A DNA stretch of 64,000 bases from contig CP154954.1 in the NCBI GenBank assembly GCA_039621445.1, positions 22,394,954-22,458,953 of the forward strand, written 5' to 3'. The notes beneath the pieces are model-generated. The model did not search any database, had not been told where the DNA came from, and worked only from the letters and a program-made list of their open reading frames with translations. The position numbers and the translations under genes are program-made. Numbering within the stretch: the first letter of the stretch is position 1; the number at the start of each line of letters is the position of its first letter. The DNA is from Euglena gracilis. Taxonomy: Eukaryota. Of this stretch, positions 23,287 to 34,082 are shown in pieces.

Positions 23287-23860
23287 TGATGTCGAGAATA
23301 TTCTCGTGTGTATTCGCTGAAGGAGGGGGGGGGTACCAACCAATCATCAATGTATACCAGCGCAAACGGTAAATCCCGTAAGACCCATTGGATCATGCGC
23401 TGAAACATTGCTGGTCCATTCTTAACACCCATTGGTAAAACCGTCCATTGGTAAACACCTTTGGATGTTACAAAAGCCGTATAGGCTTGCGAATCGGGAT
23501 CCAGATGCATTTGGTGGAAACCATCCTCCAGGTCGAAAATTGACCACAAGCGGTTATCCGCTTGTTTTGTGATGAGGTCCTCTATTAGAGGTAATGTGAA
23601 TGGGTCATCCTTAGTCTGTAAATTTAAGTACCGATAATCCAGTACTAGCCTCCACTTTTTCTGAACTGATGGGTCTGGGGGCTTAGGAACCACAAAAGCT
23701 TGGGAGGTCCATTCACTATTGGAAGGGATGATCCACTTCCGCTCTATGAGCTTTTCAATCATTTCATTGAGAGCTATATCTCTTTCTCCTGAACAACGTA
23801 AAAATTTTCCGATGCATTGGATTTGCGCCTTCCTTAAGCTCGATTTTACAAACTCCAAAA
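23287..23860 (-). pseudogene. Ty3/Gypsy reverse transcriptase, N-terminal and core part
   Basis: WRLVLDYRYLN, FDLEDGFHQ, TAF, LPMGVKNGPAMFQ, YIDD. Confidence 0.93.
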
Positions 23861-24139
23861 GGTCCGCGGATAGCGGGATCTATATCGCAAGCGTAAACAG
23901 GATTTTCCAAAACACCAGAAAATTCGCGACTGATGCGCATACAAAATTCTGCTGAATTGGGGTGCTGTCCTGCACTTTCATTGACAGCGAAACCTGTTTA
24001 TGGGTCATATCAACCAGAGGGGTTTCCGAACGGTGATGCCTATCGGCATTATGGACAAAAACCGTATCGGCTCCCACATTGTCGGTATGATCCAACACAC
24101 TAACCTTCAGGGGTGGAGATTGAGAAACATGGAAATCAT

Positions 24140-24560
24140 CAAAGAAACAAACACGGAAAATGATTTCTTGGATAGGTGGTAATACCACTCCACGTAAATC
24201 CTGGAATAGAGGGACATCGTTTGGTAGGTCCCACCAATAAAATGTGACATAAGTCAAATTCTGAAACCATTCCGCTTCGGGATTCACAGGAACAAGTAAT
24301 GTGCCTCGCGCTTGATCCTTGAAAATCTTATCTACAACAAGCGGGATAAGTTTTAGGGGGGGATGCATCCATATGATAGTGCCTCCCCAAAACTTATCAG
24401 AAGCATTAGAATGTTGCGACCAATGTCGCGGTAATCGCGAATGCGCGTTGGAAAAGAATGCATCAATTTGCAAGGTCAAGCCAGAAGAATCCGCCATATC
24501 AGCGATTTTTGAAAACCAATGTTTCAAAATTCGATATTGACCAAATTGATAAGCATTCCA
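24140..24560 (-). CDS. Dam-like N6-adenine DNA methyltransferase domain inside Gypsy pol
   Basis: IDAF...N..LPRHWS...W...WMHPP...VVDKI......LLVP......WF pattern, matching the DIRS MT domains in this window. Confidence 0.75.
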
Positions 24561-25599
24561 GATATCCTTGGTGTACTTGGAGATCTGCTCAACACCCTGA
24601 AGGGGGGGAACACGCTGTAATACAGAACAACGTAATTGTGAATCATCCAAACATACGTCCATAGGACTCAATCCAGGTGGCGCATGGGTGGGTTGGGCAT
24701 ATACCCAGTCATCGGTGATGCGCGATAGCGCGGAATGCGCGATATGCGCAGGATTCGCACTATGTGCGGCAAGCTCGATATGCGCGGGATTCGCACTATG
24801 TGCGGCAAGCACGATATGCGCGGTGGTGTTGGAGAGCGCCATAGGCGCCTAAGGAGCGCTATGCGCAAATCCGAAGAGGGAGGCTATGCCTTTGCACTGT
24901 AGTGCTTGATTCACTTTCGCGAATTGCGAAAAACTGCCAAGTGGATTTGTGAGCTGTGAATAATTACCAAGTGTACTGATGGGTGTATCACCCATGGTAC
25001 CAAGGCTGTGTACCTTTTGGTTATCTATTAAATCCGTACCAAGTGTAGAGGTACCACTACCAGGTGTAGGGGGCGAAAAATTCCCGGTTGCGGGATCCAA
25101 TCGGATTAGTTTGGAAACTTCAACTACACATCCACAATCAAAATCATGGTAAGTGGAAATTCTCCGACAGTGAGCGCATTGGTAGGAGGGTTGGTGCATG
25201 TGGTGCGCGTTTGTGTGGGTTTCAGTGCATAAGTTGGTGTCGGTTGGGGTAGCTGCTGGGGGGTGTACAGGGGTGTCTGGTGTCGAGACACCTGGTGGAA
25301 AACGAAAAATTTGTGCAGCTGGGCAGCTACTCGACACCGTAATTACTTCAGGCCTTTGCGCTTTCGCCTGGGAACCCAGCGAAACGTGCGGGGTTAAGCT
25401 ACTGGCTTTCCCTACCGCATGGGAAACGAGCGGTAAAAGTGCGGTGGGTAGGGGGGCAGCTTTCTCTTTACCCCTAGGGTAGGAAACGGTGTTTTCGGTT
25501 GTGGAAAACGTTGTGGAAATGCGGGGGGACATCCTGGGGGATGTCCCGGGGAACAAGTTCGGGGGTGTGGTGTGTGTGCGGGGGGTGGTGCGCAAACCG

Positions 25600-26021
25600 T
25601 GCGAAGGACAATCCACCACCAATCGGTTTTTCCGGAGGAACAGAAAACCGAGTATGACATCTGACCTGGCGATATTCGCCTGGAATGCCCAAGTACCCAG
25701 AAAATTTTGAAATTGTGGGGTGTGTGTGTGGTGCTTCTAATAAATGGGGAGGACTATGTCCAAAATGCATCCCAAGTCACCACCGCACATGGGGCTGTTG
25801 TCAGCGGTCATAATTTTGATGGGATTCTTGGCATGAACCAAGAGGGGGGTGGGCATAAGTCCTTTGCGGAAAAGAAGGGGGATTCGACACCCTGTGTCGA
25901 CTAAAATTTTGGCTTGTGCACAGAAATTTTGAGTTTTGATTTTCGCTTGGACCAAACGTTCCATGGGGGGTACGCAAAGCGAAGGGTCGGGTGTAAAATT
26001 GTTGTTGCGCCAACTGTCCAT
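25600..26021 (-). pseudogene. Retroviral-type aspartic protease
   Basis: ILVDTGC and downstream DVILG. Confidence 0.85.
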
Positions 26022-26352
26022 GACACTTGGCTTACTTTGCTCAACATTCCAAAAAAAAATCTGGCGCGGGGAGTGGGGGACCCGAACATTTTCCGGGTAC
26101 CGACCAAAAAGACCGATGGGCAGGGGGGGCAGGGGTGATCAGTTCCTACCTCCATCTGTTCATCAGCCCAGAGGTCCGTGCCCTCAGACCGCCGGCTCCC
26201 CTACTCCATATCGGAGTCGGCCTTTTGGCCTATGGTGGACTTCCTAGAATAAATTGCGCGTATCGCGCGAATGGCATTCCTGTCTTCCACCAGCTCATCC
26301 TCGGTGCTCTCATCCCCCTCCCTGCCCGAAGCCAGGTCTTTTTCCTCTGGTC

Positions 26353-27378
26353 ATTGGTCATTGGCAAGCACATTTCTTTTGAAGAATTGGTTCAGCAATA
26401 TGCTTCCTCATGCTCCAGTTTGGTTTCCAGAATCAGTCTGGAAAACAAATGGCGTCAATTCACCCCCCCGGACCGCAAATGGAAGTCGATAGACTTGTGG
26501 TACTCTAAGTGGCTTGCATTAGCAGACGAGGTTGATGAGTTAGGGGAAAAGCAAATCAAAGAACAATTTGATGCGGTATTACTGCGCTACATCCCGAAAC
26601 TCATCAAGGAAATTCACCGCGAGGAACTCGCGGGACACATTTTGACTCTCGATGAGAGATGGAATTATATTTCAAAACAAATGAAGTTATCACAACTTCT
26701 GGGACAGTTTGAAGCGGCATATCACCACTACCCTACCGCGGGTGCACCCACCGGTTCAGTCCATGCACTCCAAAGGACTACCTCCCCAAAATCACCAAAA
26801 TCACCATCGAGTGATTCCAAAACGCGCTATCCGCGCTCAAACCCCAAATCCCTGACACGGGAATCCGAATCGCGCTATTCCCGCCCTTCTGACCAAGTTT
26901 CGGACAAAGTGTGCTTTTTGTGTAATCAACCAGGACATATGTCTCGCGAATGTCCGAACCCCCAAGCGCGAAAGCGCAGTAAGAGTCCCCGAGGATCCCT
27001 CTCTTCCTGGAGTTCGCGTTCCTCACGATCTGCGCATTCGCAGCGGTCGCGATACCGATCGTGTGATGGAAGAGCGCGTTCCCGTTCACCCCACCGCAAT
27101 AGCGGACGTGGTTTTGTACCGCGTGGTCGGTCCCCCCGCCCCCTACCGGCAATCGGGATGCGAATCGCGTTTCTTCGCGATCGCGGTCGCGAAGTTGATC
27201 ATCATCTTCGCGATCCGACCGCGGCCGACCGGATAACCGCTCCCCGCGTCGGTATGATGCCAAAAGGCAATCGCATTCGCGAAACAGTTGTTCCCTTTGT
27301 GGGTCTAAATACCACCATTCATCCAAGTGCCCCCGTTCCTCCTCTCCCCGCCCTAGCAATGGTCGTCGCGATTCCAAT
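26353..27378 (+). pseudogene. Gypsy gag C-terminal part with CCHC knuckle and RS-rich tail (internally inverted)
   Basis: CFLCNQPGHMSREC. Flanked on both sides by - strand gag/pol. Confidence 0.85.
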
Positions 27379-27727
27379 CGATGGCGCGTTCTTTTTCATC
27401 CCTGGGGAGGCAATCAATGAATTCCATCTTGATTACCTCAGGGTTGTCATCTTGGGTGGGTCCCTTCAAATCCCAATAATAGTCCCAATCGCGGAAAAAT
27501 TGTTTCCATGTGGTGGGGCCACCGTCCCATTGGGGCTTCACCTTGTTCGCTATCGCGATGGTGCCTTTGAAATCTTTCTGAGAAACCCGTGGGCCTTCGG
27601 TGGTATTCCAGGGGTGCGGGCCCGGGCGCGAAATCGCACCACGTGCAGGTACTCCGGTGGTTGCACCAAGGGTATTGTTCGGGTTATTTTGCAAGTCTGG
27701 TTTTCGCTTGAAAACCCGACTCATCAT
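27374..27727 (-). pseudogene. Gypsy gag N-terminal part
   Basis: PQWDGGPTTWKQFFRDW capsid-like motif, ending at the inversion breakpoint. Confidence 0.7.
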
Positions 27728-27879
27728 CCGAAAACTCGTGCATTGGGACTGGTAATGCTAGTGGTGGAACCACCGCATGAGCAGAAACGCGATTTGGCGG
27801 GAATGTGCACGCGAATAGCGCTTTTCGAGCTGGAAGATGCGGCAAGTATGCCTAACATACCCGACTGCGGGTTTTGGTG

Positions 27880-29260
27880 GATGGAACACATTTGTGCGTA
27901 AATTTGGTCCAAATTTGTTGCAAATTTATGCACACTTTGCTCCAAATGGTCAACAACCTGCCAATTGTCGGTTATCCGACTCACATCCTCCTGCAAACGC
28001 TTAATCCACCTACGGTGTGAGGATAGCTCATCCAAAAGCGGGATTTTGTCACAAATTGACTGAAAATCGTGCGTAATTGCACCAAACCCAGAGTCCAGTT
28101 CCTGTACTCTTGTCACCAAAGTGCAAATCGCACTGGAAATGGCCTCCAATTGTGGAGATGGCTTGGTGTGTTGGTCCGAATGCGGACTTTTGACTTTTCA
28201 GCCATTGGCTGTTCCATCAAAACAGAAACTTGCGCGGATAGCGCGGTAATGTCATATTGCAGTTTTGTGACATCCTGCTTCACCGTTTTCGCAGTGTTCA
28301 TGAGACTGTCACAAAATCCTTGCATGATTTGGTGATTTTCCGCGCGCATTTCAGCTCAAACCTTGTCCAAGTGTGTTTTTGGGAGTGTGGGGGTAGGTGT
28401 TGGTAACGGCAATGTGCCTTGGGGTGGTGATTGCACCTGAAGCATTTTTGTGCTCGTTTCTTGCATGCGTTTGTGCAAATCCGCTATCGCGGTGTGCATG
28501 CCGGTAACATCCGGGATCCTACCAGCTACTTCCGCATAGCGGGTGTGCAACTTAGCCAATGAGGCTTCAATGTTACCAACATCCTGTTGTAACTGCTTGT
28601 GCAAATCAGACATGGTGGCCTTGAGTCCACTAATATCCGGTGTTGATGCACGGGTTGCCGCATTGCGGTTTTGCAGATCCGCAATTGCGGTTCGGAATTC
28701 CATTGTGTCACTCTGCCACTGTAGTTGCAAATTGTCAATCCTACTCGCGATATTCGCGATTTGGGTGTGAAAACTTGCAATTTCAGCGGGAATCTCACCA
28801 CAATGGCAAGATTTCTGCTCCAATCGAGAAAGGTTTTCCTTCAATTGTTGCACATACGTGCGGGGGGCAAAACTTTCGTTGGCTTGGGCAGAAAAGTGGT
28901 TAAAATTCGCGGAATCACCGCTCAACTGGAAAATGCGCTGTTGCGATTCCTGAAATGCGGTTGCAAGTGTGGAGAATTGCTCCATTGTAATGAATTGTCC
29001 CAGATCAGGATTTTTGATAGGGGTTTCATGCGATTTTTGCTGCAATTGTGGGAAAATTGCCGTGATTGGCTACAATTGATGGGACAAAGCTTGCAAAATA
29101 TGTTGCATGTTGGAGAAAATCGCATCATTGCGGGATTGTGTTTCACACATGGCTTCACTCACCTTTTGGAAGTGTTGTGACAAATATGCCTGCAAATGTG
29201 TGTCCAAACCTTGACGCAAAGTTGCGAGGTCCACATTGGTGGATTGAAAATTTGTTTGGA
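27880..29260 (-). CDS. Coiled-coil-like ORF upstream of Gypsy gag
   Basis: 229-aa ORF 28356-29045 with heptad-like L/I/Q/E pattern, plus frameshifted continuations. Paralogous copies at 21.2-22.1 kb and 32.8-33.8 kb. Confidence 0.55.
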
Positions 29261-30336
29261 ATAAGAAGGCGAGGCCTCTCGCTTACCCCTGGTATCAGGA
29301 GCAGGTGGCGCTGCAGCAGACGTTTGCCGTCTGTGTTAAATTGGCCTAGTGACCGCTGGATCACACATGACACTCCGAGGAGTCGACAAGGGTTCTAGGG
29401 GCCCCCATGCCGGCCGTTGCCATTCAGGTTTACCCTGCCCGGCTTGGCGCGGTGCTGTGGTCCTGTTGCTTCCACGTGCGCTGGAACTCCCATAAACTCA
29501 GCCATCGTTCTCGGTACTCCAAGGATCCTGCTTGGTGTCCGTGGTCATGGAGGTACTTCCTCCACTTCCACCTCGACATCTGGTCTAGAAGGTTAATCAA
29601 TCGCGACTGCTGGCGCAGGTGCTACGAAAGGTTGCTCCTCCGTTGTAGCCGGTACCACAGATATCTCTGTCGGCTGAGGTTCATCCACTGATGGTAGTTG
29701 CACTGCTGCCAGAGGCTGGGGTGTTGGGACACCGGCATCTGGCGCCTCCACGACCTCAGCGGAGGAGCTTGATCCTGCGCCTCCACTTCGCGGCGTTAGT
29801 GTAGCGGCCGCGGAAGAAATGCCTGAGCCCACGGCGCCGAGCACACGGCCTCGTAATGAGGGACGTGCTGTGAGACTGGCAGGTTCCTCGAGGGTAGCCT
29901 CGACGACCATAACAGCCACATCGGCTTGGGGTTCAGTGTACCAGGCACAATCCCAGTTCTGTGGTTCGCCATAGAACCGCTCATCCACAATCTGAATGCT
30001 GAGCATAGTCTCAGAATTAGGACTGTGGCAGAGCTTAGAGATAATCGTGATCACGATCACACGTGATCACATGACCTCCTCTCTGCACCTGGTATTTTTT
30101 TCTACTTTCAATTTTTTTCAAGTTTGATTTCACCAAACAAGTCCTGAAAGGACTGCCAGATACTTGGCATCTTTTGTCGTAGCCCATAGGGCTTCTCCCC
30201 CTGTCTTGTGCTCTGCCTCTTAATTGGGGAAAAGGGCAAAACAACTTGTATATTTATTTCATATTTTTCTTGTTACTCTTACCTATATCCTTTTCTGCGC
30301 ACCAAAGGGCGAAAGCGATAAGTTAGGACGTACACT

Positions 30337-30345
30337 TGGTAGCAG
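30337..30345 (+). promoter_or_regulatory. tRNA-iMet-type PBS after an LTR-like CA end
   Basis: ggacgtaCA-ct-TGGTAGCAG. Confidence 0.6.
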
Positions 30346-31032
30346 TTTAGGTTTTTCGAACCTTTTGACCGCAGACGGTCGTGTGGTGCCCCGCCTATAG
30401 GTGAACACAAGCACTACAAGCCGTTTCCGGCCAAAGCCGTACGCACGGACACGTCCTCTGACGGTTCGCAGTATACGCTGCTTCAAACCTCAGAGTTCGG
30501 GTCACTGATCCCCTCTTTTTGCACTTGTTCCTGCACTTTACACCACAATTTACACTTTGTTTTTTGTGTTTTTTGCCTTAAAAATGCAGAGCGCAACTCC
30601 CATCGACTACGCTGCATTGATTGGTTCACTTCGTGGACTTGAACATGCAGCACCATTGATCAGCTCCATTGAGCATTCACAACCCCATAGGCTGACTGCC
30701 ATTAGGCAGCAGAAAGGGTCACTGAATCGATAGATTCAGCAACTCTTCGTCAAAAGAGGGCCCTTCCACTATGCCCAGGAACAATACCTGGACATTCTGG
30801 AACAGGCGCTCACCCCAAGTTCTGGCACAGTACTTCGGCGAAGACCGCGTGTTAGATTTGCAGCACGGCACGTCCTTGGCCTGGACGTGCACAGTGTACC
30901 ACCCTGTGAGGAACCACCAACCGCTTGTGCATTTGTGCACATTTGTGTTCTTCTTTTTTCGTGAGCTCGTTGTCCTTTCTTCCGGGTGTCGAAAGGCATG
31001 TCGATAATCAGCCAACTCCGGCAAAAAAGGCA

Positions 31033-31830
31033 CGACACCTCCGGCTCCGCACTTTGCCCTTGTTAGGCCATGCTTGCTCGCCGGCGATCTGTTGTTTGAT
31101 TGTGACGTGTTGCGTTAGGCGTCCCTGCTTAGTGCCTTTTTTTCGCCGGAGTTGGTGATTCCTAAATTGCTATTCGACACCCAGAAGAAAGGAGAATACC
31201 TCAACTCAAGGCAACGAATTCACCAAAGGAATTCAAATTTAAATATCCGAACGAGAAGAACCAGCTGAATATCAAACTTTAAAAGAATAGAAAAAAATTA
31301 AATATCTGCCTTCAATGAAAGATGAATTGGCGAAGACATTGGTATTACGACGAGAAGCAGCAGTAGCCGCAGCAGCTGGAGAACCCAGAGATGCGGAAAA
31401 GCCGTGGCAGGCTGTGGTCACCCCTTCCCCACCGCTCTCAGAAATTGTGCCACAGCCAAACCGCCCCAGTGACCAGCCAGGAATTCAGGTCAAAGGGCCA
31501 GAGCCCACATGGGCAGATGGAACCAAGTCCAAGGGGGAGAACATCACAGAGGCCACGGAGGCCAGTATTTCAAGTCAACCCCCACTGGGAGAGGTCAACC
31601 AGAAGGTCTGCCAAAAACTTCTTTTCATAAAGTCTTTTCCACATTCCACACAAAGAGGCAGATACCTCAATGCCCAACAAGTTTCAATTGGGCATGGGAG
31701 CAGAAAGATTACCAATACCCAAGGGGGGTCAAGACCATTCAACAAGGGCAGGGGACCCTTTCAAAGCAGGGCCATGGCGGCCATGATCTGCTGGTCAACG
31801 ACGGCATTTTCCAGGCCATGAAGTCAACAT
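31033..31830 (+). mobile_element. DIRS 5' fragment (left ITR plus gag), abutting an opposite-strand ITR fragment
   Basis: gacacctccggctccgcactttgcc start. MKDELAK... gag. Confidence 0.7.
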
Positions 31831-32149
31831 TGTGTACCAGGCAGCATGAACACCATCACACTGTGCCAAGCAGCAATCTGCAGAATGTGCAGTGGCATGC
31901 CGGATAGTACTATTCATGGTTCTGCAATACTAATTGCAGAATCATGAGTAGCCTATCCTATCTCGGATCTGCCCCTCCCTTCACAGGTGGTATTAATTTG
32001 TTTCATGCTTCATTAGCGCAAAAGGGCAAACCGCGATTTGAAGATTTGAACTTAGACAGGAGAGCACTACTGGAACTGAAGTTTCCAAAATCACACCTGG
32101 TTTGTCTTGTGCTCTGCATAAGCTCAGGGCAATAAAAACTAATAGTTAA

Positions 32150-33780
32150 GTGAAAGACGTACTTTTTTTTTGCTCTCCTTGTTCTGTTCCCACGGGAGGG
32201 TGTAAGTAGGCCGACAGGCAGTGGGAATAGAGTCAGGGGACGTAGACTTGGTAGCAGATTAGGTTTCATTCCTACGCCCATAACCCCCCCTTCCACAACA
32301 GCTGACTTCAAACGGTCAGTGGTGACGAACCAATAGGCCACAAAGCCACCACAAGCTGTTTGGAGCCAACTTGTACGTAACGGTTCAGGCTTGTGGAGGC
32401 TCTGGGCAGTATACGCTGCCACAACCTTCTAAGTTTGTTCCTTTGCTAGCCTTTTGGGGTTTGCTTTTTTTGTTTTCTGCAACTAAAAATGTGCAGAGCT
32501 CAACCACCAACACACTCATGGATTACAACGCATTGATTGGTGCTTTGAGAAGAAATTGTTATACATAATTACAGGAGGAGTATAGGCTCCTACAAGCTTT
32601 TTCACTCCTAATGGGGACACCTCAAGCTCTATTGAGCATTACCACACCTAAGGTGTGCCACACTCCGTTGTTCCCTTCCCCAGCTCTGTCGAGCATCCGT
32701 CCACACAAATGCCAAGCTCTATTGGTCATGATCAACCGCAACGGGGTCCACGCCTAACGGTGACTCAAGCACCCCCCGATACGGGTTCTTTTCCTGCATT
32801 GCCTTGTATGGATTTGGCTAAGTTGCGCCAACGTTTTGAGACACATTTGCAGGCACAATTGCCACAAAATTCCAAAACGTTAGTGAGACAGAGTGGGAAA
32901 TACAATCACGCAATGATGCGAAGTTTTCCCACTTGCAACATTGTTTGCAGGCTTTGTCTAATCAACTGGAGCCAATTATGGCAATTTTTCCACAATTGCA
33001 GCAAAAGTTGCATGATCCTCTCACCAAATATCCCGATTTGGAAAATTTTATACACTGGAGCACTTTTCCACCGTTGAAACTGCTTTTCAGGAAGCGCAAC
33101 GGCGCATTTTCCAACTGAGCGGTGATTCCGTGATTTTTTCCCACTGTTCTGCCCAAGCAAGCGAAAGTTTTGCCCCCCGCACTTATGTACAAGAATTGGA
33201 GGAAAGTTTTTATCGCTTGGTGCAGAAACCTTGCCATTGCAGTGAAGTTCCCAGTAAAATTGCACGTTCTCACACCCAGATTGCGAATATTGCGGTTAGG
33301 GTTGAGGATTTGCAACAACGGCGGCAAAAAGATATGGTAGAAATTAAATCCGATTCGTCAAAGGGTTGTGCCCTCATATGCGGAAGTGACCGGCAAAATC
33401 ACGGATATGACCGGAATTCAAACCGCGATAGCGGATTTACAGAGATACTTGCAAGAATTAAGCACAATATTGCTTCAGGTGCAATCACTAACCCCAGACA
33501 CGTTGCCTTCGACCACACCCGTATCCACACTCACATCCCTACACTTGGAGCAGTTTTGTGCCGCTGAAAATCACCACGTTATTGAAGGAATTTGTGACAG
33601 TCTAATGAATACCGGGAAAATGGTGAAAGAGGATGTCACAAAAATGCAAAATGACCTTATCGCGGTATCTGCGCAAGTTTTGGTCTTGGTGGGCAGCCTA
33701 TGACTGACAAAGTCAATAACTCTGCATTCGGACCAACCATTTCCACAATTGGAGGCCATTTCCAGCCGTGATTTGAAGCC
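32150..33780 (+). mobile_element. Gypsy 5' fragment: LTR end, PBS (32249-32258), coiled-coil ORF remnant
   Basis: TGGTAGCAGA. Similar to 30250-30650 and 28100-29260. Confidence 0.65.
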
Positions 33781-34082
33781 ATGCTTCGCTGTCCCTTTGG
33801 GACTGTTCATGACACCGAAAACGGTGATGCTCAAAACAAAATGTTTGTTGTCAAGCATGCTGTGGTAACTATCCACTGAACACCAACAGTGTTTCCGACA
33901 TTTTCACACATCAGAACCGCGGGTGACGTCTGACACGACCATCACATTTCTCCCAGGTCCCTCTTATTGTGTTAATGTTTTGAACTTCTGGCGGAACGAC
34001 TTTGGTCAAATATCAACTCTATCGTCTTTCAAATTTGGGGAAAAAGGACCACACAAGGACGAAACAAAGAAAAGCCTTCAAG

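Noticed and set aside
26027-27901. 624-aa + strand protein
   Set aside because: Chimera of an inverted gag segment and antisense flanks.
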